From the NCBI GenBank assembly GCA_012730045.1, contig JAAYBR010000002.1, positions 28,911 to 92,910 of the forward strand: a DNA stretch of 64,000 bases, given 5' to 3'. Below the pieces are notes generated by a model. The model was not told where the DNA came from and searched no databases. It saw nothing but the letters and a program-made list of their open reading frames with translations. This DNA is from Candidatus Hydrogenedentota bacterium. GTDB taxonomy: Bacteria > Hydrogenedentota > Hydrogenedentia > Hydrogenedentales > CAITNO01. Positions 48,101-56,793 of this stretch are shown piece after piece. Every line of letters begins with the position of its first letter. The first letter of the stretch is position 1. Both the position numbers and the translations under genes were made by a program.

Positions 48101-51100
48101 CTCCAGACCGAAGGGGTCGAGCCACTGGTCGAAGCCGCTGAGCATGCCCACACCGATGTCCGTGTAGCCGCCCAGGGTCACGTTGTCCAGGTCCACGTTG
48201 CCCGGGTTGTACACGTCCACGCTCGGGATGTAGAAGAGGTCCGTCTGGTTGCGGTAGGGCGAGTCGGACTCGTAGGTGATGACCAGGTCATGCACGTCCA
48301 CGCCCACGCGGATAGGCTTGGCCGTTGCCTGGTTGAAGGTGCGCTGCGGCCACCAGGGCTCATATTCGCCCCAGCGCGGGTCATTCTGCCACGGGTAGAG
48401 CGCCGTCGCGCCGAGCTTGACCCCCTGCGCGGGGATCATGCTGTCCACAAACACACCGCCCTCCCAGTTGCCGGACTCGGGGTTGAAGCGCCGCGGCTCG
48501 ATGAAGGCCCGGAAATCCGCGCCGTAGGTGATGCCCTGGCCGTCCCCCGGGGCGAGGGAAATGTCGCGGAAGCCGCTGTCGGTACGCACCACCACAAAGT
48601 AGTCCGGGGACGCCTCGGCGCCGAAATTGCCCATGGGGCCTTCGGCGTAGTTGTCCGGGGTCTTCTCGAGAAATCCCTCTGTAAATCCCTTGTCATAGGC
48701 GCCGTAGTTGCCGAGCTTGCGGGTGCCGCCCCACAGGCGCAGGGAAATCTTCCACCACGGGTCTCCGCCTCCCGGCGGCAGCGGGATGTACTCCCAAGTC
48801 GGCATGAGCTCCACGCTGGAGGAGGCGTTCGCGAGCATCGGGTAATCGCCGGCGAACGTGAGCCCGCCGATGGCATTCGGCGTGGGCGCGTCAAAGACAC
48901 CGTTGTTGTTGGTGTCGTGCCACACCCAGGTGCCGTTGTAGGTCAGCTCGCGGCCGAACACCTCCTCGTTGTAGAGCGGAAGCCCCCAAAGCTGTTCGGT
49001 GATGTCCTCCAGACCCGTCCGCGGGTCGAAGCCGCCGTTGCCGGGCGCACCGTAGGGGTCGCCGCCGATGTCGGTCAGGATGACGTTGACCTCGCGGAGC
49101 TGCGCCGCGTTTTTCTCGGAAATGTCGCGTGTAATCTCCGTGTCGGCGAAATGCACCGAGTTGGTGGAGTGAGCGTTGATCCCGAGGACGGACGACCAGG
49201 AGTCCACGCCCAGGAGCTTGCGCATCTGGAGAAACTCGCCCGCCACCACGTCAAGAAGCTGGTCCGGCTTGTTCCAACGCGGACGGGAATACTCCGCCAT
49301 GGGGGTGTACAGGAAATTCGGGTGACTCCAGGCGTCATGGAAAATGGGGGCCTGCCGCCCGGAGGGGGAACCCACATAGTCGTAGACCGTGAAGGAAGAG
49401 CTGTAAAACTGCTTGTCCTCCAGAATCTCGCCATCCCAGAAGTTCGGGGAGTAACTGTCGGTGGGCAGCCCCTCCTCGTCCACCGGGTAGGTTCCCGTGC
49501 GCGGGTCAACCATCACCGCGTCCAGCACCTCGACGCCCATGGTGAGCTGGCTGCGCCAGGTGGCGGAGGAGCGCACGGCCACGATGTACGAGTTGCCGTC
49601 CGGCCGGAAGTCCTCGTTTACCTCGCCTGCAGGCACGTCAAACTGCGGACGCGCCGCCGTTCCGTTGCCGATAAAGTCGAGCTCGTAGACGATGCCGGAG
49701 TACTGCTGGAGCCCGGTGATTTCGCCCACGGGGGCGCCCAGATTGTCCCAGGTGAACATCAGCTCGTCGTATTGGGAGTCAAGGATGCCGTTGAGCGGAC
49801 CAAGCACCTCCTCGGCCTCCTCACCGGCCTTGTTCTCGATGAACAGGCCGAACTCGAGCAGGTCCGTGAAATAGGGCGCGCCCATGTTGAGGTAATTCAG
49901 GTCGTCGTTGTTCCGGCTGTCCGGGCGAACCCAGTACGTCAGGGACTTCAGCTTGCGCGGCGCGAAGTTGTCGTTCTCCTCCTCGCTTTCCCCGTAGCTC
50001 ATGGTGAACCGGAAGAGGGGCACCCAGTCGGAGAGGGGCAGCACGGACTCCCGGTCCGCGACCAGGGTGGAGAAGGAGATGTCGGCCGTCGGCTCGTCCG
50101 TCTGGCCCTCACCCTCGCCCTCGCCCTCCCCCTCGCCTTCCCCTTCACCCTCGCCCTCAGTGCCGCACCCGATGCACTCGAGCACCTCGATGTAGTTCTC
50201 CCGGGTGAACTGGCGGGTGACCAGCGCGCCGCCGTTGCAGTTGTCACGGTAAGTCACCGTCAGAACCACGTCGTAGATGCCGGGCGCGGTGTAGCGGTGC
50301 ACGGGGTTGCGCTCGGTGGACGACTGGCCGTCGCCGAAGTTCCAGTACCAGCCCACGGGCGCGAAACAGCTGTCGCCCACGGAGAGGTCCGTGAAGGTCA
50401 CCGCCAGGGCGGGCACGGGGTTCGCGGGCGTGATGTTGCCGCGCGTCGGCGTCGCCGAGAAGTCCACATACGGCGTGGCCAGTATCTCGATGTACTCGGT
50501 CTTGGTGACCGTGGTCGTCACGCCGTACTGGTTGGTCACCGCGACCGACACGGTGTAGAAGCCCGTCGCGGTGTAGATGTGGACGGGGTTGATCTCGTTC
50601 GAGGCCTGCCCGTCGCCGAAGCTCCACGCCACGCTGGCGGCCTGGTTTGCCCCGATCAGCGTGAAGGCCACGCTGCCGTTGACGATCTGCCGGCGCGGGG
50701 TGCCGGTGAAGTCCAGGGTTGCCGGCGTGGTCGCCGTGACCGTCTGGGTGAGGTTGGCCACCGGGGTGTTGGTGCGGATCCAGTTGCGCAGGGCGGCGAA
50801 GTCGGGGCCGTCCTGGCTGCGGTCCACATCGGTCCGCGGAATCACGCTCATCTTGTCCTTGTCGAAGCCCCAGTAGCGCACGGGCCGCGGCCGCTGGAAG
50901 AGGGTGATGTACCCGACGGCGCGGCTTCCCCAGGGGAACTCGGAGAAGAGGTCAAACTCATCGGCGTTCTGCCCGGGAAGGGGCGGCGAGGCCAGGCTGA
51001 CCGTGAAGTTGTCCGGGTCGGGCTCGGTGGGGGTGTTCGGGCCCCAGGACACGATGGCGGCCTGGAACTGGTCGCCCTGGTTCATGGCCGTGGCGGCGCG

Positions 51101-54100
51101 CACCACGACGAAGAAGTCGGGGCCGAAGTCCGCGTCTGTGGGCGCGGCGCCGGGGGTCATGGGCACCCACTGGCGGTTGCGCGGCTGCGAGACGTAGGGG
51201 GTCGCGTCGCGGCCGATGAAGCTGTCCGTGCCGGGGGAGGCGAAGGTCATCTTGACCTGGTACTCGGGCTCGCCGCCGACCGCGCCGATCAGCACGGGCG
51301 GGTTGTCGAGGCGGACCGGAAGGTCAATGTACTCCGTGACATTCCCCTGGGCGTCGCGGACCGGCGGGTCATACACGCCGTTGCGGTTGCCGGGGTGGAA
51401 GTCGTTGTCGCGGTAAACCGAAACGCCGCTGAAGAGCCCGTTGATCGGGTCCTCATGGTCCAGGGGCACGAGGTCGCTCACCAGGTTGAAGGCGCCGGTG
51501 CGCGCGACGTCGTAGAACTCGACCACAAGCTGCTCGAGGAAGCTCGGGTCCTTGACAACGTACCAGGCCCCGTCGGTGCGCGGGGCGCCGGCGCGCAGCG
51601 TGAGGGTGCGCCCGCCGACCGCGGTGATCTCATAGGCCTCGACGCGCGGGTGGCTCCCCTGCGAAAGGCCGATAAGGTACAGCCCGACCGCGTTGGCGGT
51701 CCAGGCCCCGGAGGCGTAATAGGACGCGTTGGCGCCGGTGATGTCGGCCTCCGTCGGGATGAAGCTGGAGGCGGTGGTCTGCGCGCCCGTACCCTGGCCG
51801 CGCGCCACGATGTTCTCCGGCCGGTTCACCGAGCAGTCCAGGCCGAGCACGGCCGACTCCGCGCCGCCGGGCTGGATGGAGCCCGTGGACGTGTCAAAGA
51901 CCAGCGTGCGCACGTTGACGGGCAGCATGTCGTGCCCGTAATAGTCCTGCAGCGGGCTTTCCTCGATGTTGTGCTTGGTCATGGTGTCCACCACGTCGTA
52001 GGCGCGCGGCATCATCTGCAGCCCCGCGAGCTTGCGGGCGTCGGGCGTGCGCGTGGGCAGGTTGGCCGGCACCACGGCGCGGAACTCCATGAAGGCCTTG
52101 GCCTGCTGGCTGGTCCGCACGACCACGAACAGGTCGGCGCCCGGGCTGCCCGCGGCGATATTGAGGGCCTTCTCGTCGGCGGCCTTCAACGCCAAGTCCA
52201 CGAAGGAGGGGGCGTCAAGCCAGTAGTCCGGCCAGTCCGCAGCATCCTTGGCGCGGTCCCCGGCGGACTTGTAGAGGCTCACTCCGGTCTCGGTGTCCTT
52301 GTAGGGGACATCCCACTTTGTGCGCGGGATCAGCGTGAGCACCCAGGCGCGGTCGGACAGGCCGTCCCACGCCGCAAGCTCCGCCGCGCTGAGCCGCGCG
52401 ACGTCGGCGGGCACCAGCGGATCGCCGTCAAACACGACACCGTCGCCGCTGAGGTCGTCCGGCAGGTAGTCGTCGTCGAGGTCTATGACCTCCGGGGCCT
52501 GCGCCCACGACAGGCTGCCCTCCGCCAGCGGCACGATCCGGTCGGTGAACGACGGGGAGGTCACCCCGCTCGTGAGGAAGGGGCCGTCGAAGACACCGTT
52601 GTTGTTGCTGTCCTCGTAGAGCAGGACGCCGGAGGTGAAGAGGGCGCCGTCCACGTCCAGGCCGGAGAGCTGGCCGGGCGTGAAGTCGGGGCCCCAGAAC
52701 GCGACCGTGGCGTTGCTGAGGCTGATGGGGCTGTAGGCGTTGACTGCGGGGTCGTCGGTGCCGGCCAGGTTGAACCCGAGCATGGCCGTGGGCAGGGTGT
52801 CCACGCCGATGTACTGCTTGAGCAGGCGGGCCGCCCACGCGTTGGAGGCGTTCAGCAGCCGCTCGGGCCGCCAGTCCTCCAGCCGCGGATACACGCTCCG
52901 GGGAAGGGTGTCCTCCACGATCATCCAGCGACCGCGTGAAACGGCGTTGCCGATGCCCACGCCGACACCGTAGGGGTAGTCCGGAACACTCAGATCGACG
53001 GGGGCCTGCGAGCGGTCAAGATAAGCGCCGTGGCCCTCGCGCAGGGTGAGCGAGTTTCCGCTGTTGCTGAGGATGTAGTACCGGCCGCCGTAGTTGTCCA
53101 CCAGCCATTTTCCCGCGAGGTCCCCCGCGAGGGGGCCGAGGTGCGGGCCGTTCACGACGAACACATAGACGTCGTCGGCGTAGGTGGCCTCCGCCCCGCT
53201 GGCGCCGGTGAGGTTGTACGGCACGTTGGCCTGGGCGCCCTCGCTGGCCAGGTAACAGAGGCTGGTGTCGCCCCAATTAATGATCGTCTGGCCGCCCTGG
53301 TACCCGGCCCAGGTGGAGTAGCGCGGAAGCGTGGGCTGGGACGGCGGATCGGGCCAGAAGGTGGACCGCGGCTCGGCCAGCTCCTCATCCAGACCGTCCC
53401 CCTCCAGCTTGAAGGGCACCGTCTCAAAGGCGTAGTGGGTCATGAGCCACTCGCCCGCGCCCCGGAAGGAGTCGAAATAGTCGGGGAACATGAACGGGTT
53501 GTGCCGGTGGAAGAAACGCAGCTCGCCCATTCCGTAGAAATCGACGAGGTCCTTCGCCTGGAAAGCGTCCCAGATGTACCGGGGGGGGCCCGACGGATAG
53601 TATTCATAACCGGGGACGTCAATGTCGTCGGTGTTAAAGAACGCCGGATCGGTCCACAGGGAGATGGCGGTGCGGCCGTTCCATTCGGCATCCAAAAAAA
53701 TTTGACGCGCTAACCCGGTGACCGGGTCAATATAACCGAAAAAGTCGAACGCGTCCAGGGACTGGCCCGCCATGGCGGGGGTCACCTTGGCCCAGCGGTT
53801 GTCCGTGGCGTAGGTCAGCACGAGATCGTGCACCTCGGCGCCGCAGCGCACCGCCTTGACCGTGTCCCGGTTGTGGCTGCGCTCGGTCCACCACCCGTAC
53901 TCGCGCTTGATCACGTAGGAGCACGGGAAGTCGGAGGGATCGCAGACGAGGTCGTTCGCGGCGGCGTTCTGCCACAACACGCCAAACGTCTCGCCGACCG
54001 TGAGCTTCTCCCGGGCCTTGTCCGGCCACGGATTAATTGGCGTGCCGTTAATCGTGATGCCGGCCAGGTATTCGGCCATCACCTTGTACTGGATGTTGAA

Positions 54101-56398
54101 GAGAATGCCGCCGTCCCAGGAGCCCCCCTCGGTGCCCTTGGGGTTCCACCGGCGTGGCTGCACGAAACAGCGGGTGTCGGCGCCCAGTTTCATCCCGACG
54201 CCGTCGCCCTCCACGCCCGACACGTCGCGGAAACCGCTGTCGGCGCGCATCACCACGAAGTAATCCATTTTGGGCGGATAGTTCATGAGGAGGTTGTAGT
54301 TCGCAATGGCGTCCGGCGTCCCCTCCATGGCGCCCGTGGGCGTGTCGCCGGGGTTGCGCCGGCGGCCGCCGGAGAATCCGAGCCCGATGGTCCACCACGG
54401 GTCGCCGCCGCCCGGCGGGAAGGGCTCGTAGCCCCACTGCTGCATGCCGGGAAGTATGGGCTGGGTCTCGCCAAACGTGCCCGGAAGATACGGATACATG
54501 GGGTAGTCGGTGAACTGGATGCCGAGCGTGCCGCGGGGCGCCGGGGGGTCAAACTGGCCGTTGCCGTTGGTGTCGTGCCACAGCCAGAGGCCGTTGTACG
54601 CGAAGTCCTCGCCGGTGGCGTTCTCCGCGTCCACCCTGCCCACGGTCGTGAATTTTTCCAGCCTCTCGCTCGGGTCGCCGAGGCCGCCGTTGCCGGGGGG
54701 GCCGAAGGGGTCGCCGCCCACGTCCGTGATGGCCATGTGCAGCGACGTGGGCTGGGGGATTCCGCCGACGCCCGGCAGGCCGTGGGCGTCTATGCCCAGC
54801 AGGGGCACCCAGGACTCCACGGAGAAGAGCTGGCGCATGTCCACCGCCTCGCCGATGAGGGCCTGCAGGGAGGCCGTGGCCAGGTCCCAGCGCGGGCGCA
54901 CAAACTGCTCCAGGGGGGTGTAGAGCGAAGGCTGGTCGTTCCAGCTGTTGTAGCGCATGGGAAGGACGCCGCCGCGCACGTCGAACACGCCGAAACTCGA
55001 CGAGTACGCCTCCTCGGGCGCCAGGGTTTCCCCCTTGAAGAAGTCCGGGGAGAAGGTGTCCATCGGAACCCCTTCATCGTCCAGGGGCATCGTCTGCATC
55101 CGCACCTCGCCCGTGGTGAGGTCAACGTAATACGGCTGCATGCAAACGTTGGTCAACTCCATGCTGAGGGAGGTGCCGGTCTGCCAGGCGGACGACAGCC
55201 GCACGGCCACGACATAGTTGTTGCCCGTCGGCGAGGTCGTGATCCACTCGCCCTCGGGGCGGAAGGGGCCGGGCGCCGTGGACCCGAAAATTTCGCTGCC
55301 CGGATTGTTGACGGCCACCGGGAAGTCCGGGTCCGTGCTGTCGTAAATGAAGCTGAGGTTGTAGACGTTGTCGTTGATGTTGTACTTGAGCCCGTTGGGG
55401 GCGACGGTGTTTCCGCTAAAGGCCGGCATGTCGTACGGCCAGCCGTGGCTGTCCCATTCATACAGGGGTTCGGAATAGGCCACCACCTCGGGAATGTCCG
55501 GCAAACCCACCTGCACGTTGTCCCCGGAAGGCAGGCCGTCGCCGTCCAGGTTGAAGACCTGATGGACGGAGAAAATCAGATAGTCGCTCTCCTGGGGGGA
55601 GATGTTGTTGATGTAGCCGCGGTCTGTCATGGAGACCGGGTCTCTCTTCAGGCGGAAACTCAGGCGTGTCAGGGCGCGGGGCGCGGGCTCATTCTCGTTG
55701 CTCCACTTGAGGGTGAATCCGAAAAGGGGCACCCAGTCGTTCAGCGGAACCAGGCCGGCGGCGTCGGTGATGTACTCCTCCGCGGTGAAGTCCGCCGTGG
55801 CGACCTCCGCGACGGTGATGGCCTCCACGAGGTCCACGCGGCATATCTGGGTCGTGCTGTCGGGCATGATGATGACCGCCTCAACGATCACATCGTAGTC
55901 GCCGCCGTTGGCGATGCTCCCCGTCACGGTGGGCAGGTCGGCGACGGTGCCTGCGGGGGTCTGGTTCACGGCGTTGGCGTTGGGGTTGGGCTTGGGCTCG
56001 GTCCGGTCGGCAAACCAGGCGCGGTAGAGGTCCACGTCCTCCTTGACATACCAGTAGCGCGCGCGCTCAATGCGGACGGGGATGCGGCTGGGCAGTGAGA
56101 ACGCCCGGGCGAGCAGCTGAAAACTGCCGCCGGGTGTCACGGGGTTCGGCGACACGCTCAGCTCAACGCTCACCTGGTAGGGCGGGAGGAGGCAGTCAAT
56201 CTGGCCGGGCGCGAGGCTGGCCGAGACCAGGCCCGCCAGAGCCGCGTCGCTCCCCGCAAAGGCGACCCGCATGGGTTCCGCCCGCCGGGCGTCCTGGGAT
56301 AGAACGCCCGGTGCGCGTGCCACCAGGAACCCCGCCAGTCCCACAAGCACAAGACCCCACAGGGCCACTCTGATTGTCGCGCGAAGTCGTGTGTTCAC
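45191..56398 (-). CDS. giant secreted surface protein (about 3735 aa): two roughly 1.3-1.8-kaa tandem modules separated by a PKD-domain pair and (GE)9 linker, C-terminal IPT/TIG-like domains, Cys plus hydrophobic helix plus RRRR anchor
   Basis: GTG start with signal peptide VNTRLRATIRVALWGLVLVGLAGFLVARAPG. PKD motifs WSFGDGQ…NPVHIY…GFYTV and WNFGDGQ…NPVHRY…GIYDV. C-terminus …GCAPGTASGTSWADAAVMLAAAGLLALAGRRRRAAGRG. The internal duplication is visible at DNA level. Confidence 0.8.
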   Translation of the reverse strand: MNTRLRATIRVALWGLVLVGLAGFLVARAPGVLSQDARRAEPMRVAFAGSDAALAGLVSASLAPGQIDCLLPPYQVSVELSVSPNPVTPGGSFQLLARAFSLPSRIPVRIERARYWYVKEDVDLYRAWFADRTEPKPNPNANAVNQTPAGTVADLPTVTGSIANGGDYDVIVEAVIIMPDSTTQICRVDLVEAITVAEVATADFTAEEYITDAAGLVPLNDWVPLFGFTLKWSNENEPAPRALTRLSFRLKRDPVSMTDRGYINNISPQESDYLIFSVHQVFNLDGDGLPSGDNVQVGLPDIPEVVAYSEPLYEWDSHGWPYDMPAFSGNTVAPNGLKYNINDNVYNLSFIYDSTDPDFPVAVNNPGSEIFGSTAPGPFRPEGEWITTSPTGNNYVVAVRLSSAWQTGTSLSMELTNVCMQPYYVDLTTGEVRMQTMPLDDEGVPMDTFSPDFFKGETLAPEEAYSSSFGVFDVRGGVLPMRYNSWNDQPSLYTPLEQFVRPRWDLATASLQALIGEAVDMRQLFSVESWVPLLGIDAHGLPGVGGIPQPTSLHMAITDVGGDPFGPPGNGGLGDPSERLEKFTTVGRVDAENATGEDFAYNGLWLWHDTNGNGQFDPPAPRGTLGIQFTDYPMYPYLPGTFGETQPILPGMQQWGYEPFPPGGGDPWWTIGLGFSGGRRRNPGDTPTGAMEGTPDAIANYNLLMNYPPKMDYFVVMRADSGFRDVSGVEGDGVGMKLGADTRCFVQPRRWNPKGTEGGSWDGGILFNIQYKVMAEYLAGITINGTPINPWPDKAREKLTVGETFGVLWQNAAANDLVCDPSDFPCSYVIKREYGWWTERSHNRDTVKAVRCGAEVHDLVLTYATDNRWAKVTPAMAGQSLDAFDFFGYIDPVTGLARQIFLDAEWNGRTAISLWTDPAFFNTDDIDVPGYEYYPSGPPRYIWDAFQAKDLVDFYGMGELRFFHRHNPFMFPDYFDSFRGAGEWLMTHYAFETVPFKLEGDGLDEELAEPRSTFWPDPPSQPTLPRYSTWAGYQGGQTIINWGDTSLCYLASEGAQANVPYNLTGASGAEATYADDVYVFVVNGPHLGPLAGDLAGKWLVDNYGGRYYILSNSGNSLTLREGHGAYLDRSQAPVDLSVPDYPYGVGVGIGNAVSRGRWMIVEDTLPRSVYPRLEDWRPERLLNASNAWAARLLKQYIGVDTLPTAMLGFNLAGTDDPAVNAYSPISLSNATVAFWGPDFTPGQLSGLDVDGALFTSGVLLYEDSNNNGVFDGPFLTSGVTSPSFTDRIVPLAEGSLSWAQAPEVIDLDDDYLPDDLSGDGVVFDGDPLVPADVARLSAAELAAWDGLSDRAWVLTLIPRTKWDVPYKDTETGVSLYKSAGDRAKDAADWPDYWLDAPSFVDLALKAADEKALNIAAGSPGADLFVVVRTSQQAKAFMEFRAVVPANLPTRTPDARKLAGLQMMPRAYDVVDTMTKHNIEESPLQDYYGHDMLPVNVRTLVFDTSTGSIQPGGAESAVLGLDCSVNRPENIVARGQGTGAQTTASSFIPTEADITGANASYYASGAWTANAVGLYLIGLSQGSHPRVEAYEITAVGGRTLTLRAGAPRTDGAWYVVKDPSFLEQLVVEFYDVARTGAFNLVSDLVPLDHEDPINGLFSGVSVYRDNDFHPGNRNGVYDPPVRDAQGNVTEYIDLPVRLDNPPVLIGAVGGEPEYQVKMTFASPGTDSFIGRDATPYVSQPRNRQWVPMTPGAAPTDADFGPDFFVVVRAATAMNQGDQFQAAIVSWGPNTPTEPDPDNFTVSLASPPLPGQNADEFDLFSEFPWGSRAVGYITLFQRPRPVRYWGFDKDKMSVIPRTDVDRSQDGPDFAALRNWIRTNTPVANLTQTVTATTPATLDFTGTPRRQIVNGSVAFTLIGANQAASVAWSFGDGQASNEINPVHIYTATGFYTVSVAVTNQYGVTTTVTKTEYIEILATPYVDFSATPTRGNITPANPVPALAVTFTDLSVGDSCFAPVGWYWNFGDGQSSTERNPVHRYTAPGIYDVVLTVTYRDNCNGGALVTRQFTRENYIEVLECIGCGTEGEGEGEGEGEGEGEGEGQTDEPTADISFSTLVADRESVLPLSDWVPLFRFTMSYGESEEENDNFAPRKLKSLTYWVRPDSRNNDDLNYLNMGAPYFTDLLEFGLFIENKAGEEAEEVLGPLNGILDSQYDELMFTWDNLGAPVGEITGLQQYSGIVYELDFIGNGTAARPQFDVPAGEVNEDFRPDGNSYIVAVRSSATWRSQLTMGVEVLDAVMVDPRTGTYPVDEEGLPTDSYSPNFWDGEILEDKQFYSSSFTVYDYVGSPSGRQAPIFHDAWSHPNFLYTPMAEYSRPRWNKPDQLLDVVAGEFLQMRKLLGVDSWSSVLGINAHSTNSVHFADTEITRDISEKNAAQLREVNVILTDIGGDPYGAPGNGGFDPRTGLEDITEQLWGLPLYNEEVFGRELTYNGTWVWHDTNNNGVFDAPTPNAIGGLTFAGDYPMLANASSSVELMPTWEYIPLPPGGGDPWWKISLRLWGGTRKLGNYGAYDKGFTEGFLEKTPDNYAEGPMGNFGAEASPDYFVVVRTDSGFRDISLAPGDGQGITYGADFRAFIEPRRFNPESGNWEGGVFVDSMIPAQGVKLGATALYPWQNDPRWGEYEPWWPQRTFNQATAKPIRVGVDVHDLVITYESDSPYRNQTDLFYIPSVDVYNPGNVDLDNVTLGGYTDIGVGMLSGFDQWLDPFGLEQIKFENGHTVDVRDWRLFGARVVDFGLFQVNFLYDDTGRWGQFAYETVPFFSPLSTLGDAPPVGPRSSAYPVPPQQPALPRYSTWSAELLPGEYPRASQWRSANAGARLLAQKVDGNSAHMPMLGMNLVASSDPIVTSTGEPVAVSQITVAFWGPDFTPAMLRTLDPDTNDNQSLDSGVLLWEDADQNGIFLNTQDLNNYAGSGAALPLLDRIVPVTNVKWASQPELVDLDGDGRADDMDGNGIVDDADRAWVLTLYPRSNWTVPRLDGYEFDFEIPNDNKAAGAGPVSTALQVNGVQQAAPGAKALDPEVLQPGDDLFISISTSDSVARFSKIRAVIPANLPTRPDNQRRGGIQFFPSVNTSGTAFVKSSPDEDPVQDFYGHDMLEVNVPVRMVDLTNRNAKLNIGGEAVPVLGLDLATNRPGDILAAGNGGIGLVSGYRVPSAAWVPGALAGDWLVDSGYETYEILGNSANELTLRAGTPRNGAWRVVRDPSFLEELTVELYQNGANAIFNPLTDLLPLSRDQRISGVALYRDNDNHPENRNGYFDPGIDIPIQLDGPPRFTGQTADDIQVRFVFSTPGTDDQPLPREQQSRNRQWIQPTFGVSINDLDYGPDFFVVVRAAQGMQEGDSFRAGIVSWGPNTPTEPDPDTWANLPGEDRNDFRKFREFQWAQRGLGFVTFFRTPPAYYWMDGAKAGVRPDSSGFNWIRSHTMKKQLSGVLEARARVVGPTTIAIDSVSQAELPSQTLPGEPFRFVIYGQNFGTRPVVVMSGYDVVVTGATNTTISLSVSSRSDDPPVEPIVLLVRNTATGQEVSRSDLFSLSPGTPERSPKVLRVDPKRASRKKFPVTLYGEDLGDVQSAQVYFGKTLMPVIGGSPDGTRLVVGFPVGGMAQTGKMDVKVGNAAKNKEDILVDGFEYVNDDNRNKFLGYIGCAPGTASGTSWADAAVMLAAAGLLALAGRRRRAAGRG

Positions 56399-56793
56399 CA
56401 CGCCACTCTCCCAGAAAGGCGTTCCCGCGCGCCGCCGCACCTGCGGTGCGCGCCGGGGGCCGCCAATGCTTCGTAACACCCTGCCGGCACCCGCCGCCGC
56501 CGAAAAACCCGGCTGCACGGCGGCGCGCACGCGCCCGGAACACAAATCCCGGACACGTCCGCTGGCATCCTTTCGTCTGCCGACCGACCTGTCATGGCAC
56601 ATTTTTCCCGTTGTCCACTCCGTTTTTATATCACAGCCGGGCCAAAGTGTCAATAGAGAAGTTGCCTGCAATTCCAAATGATGCTTGAATTTAGGTTGCC
56701 GAATGCCACGGAGCATATCGGCAGATTTCGCATTTCAGTGTAAAGTAATTCCTGTCCGCCGCGCAAAACTTCGCGCGCCCTCGCCGTAACCGC

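Noticed and set aside
45044-52939. 2631-aa plus-strand ORF
   Set aside because: It is antisense to the giant surface-protein gene, whose signal peptide, PKD/IPT motifs and internal repeats are coherent. The product is low-complexity R/G/A/V-rich.
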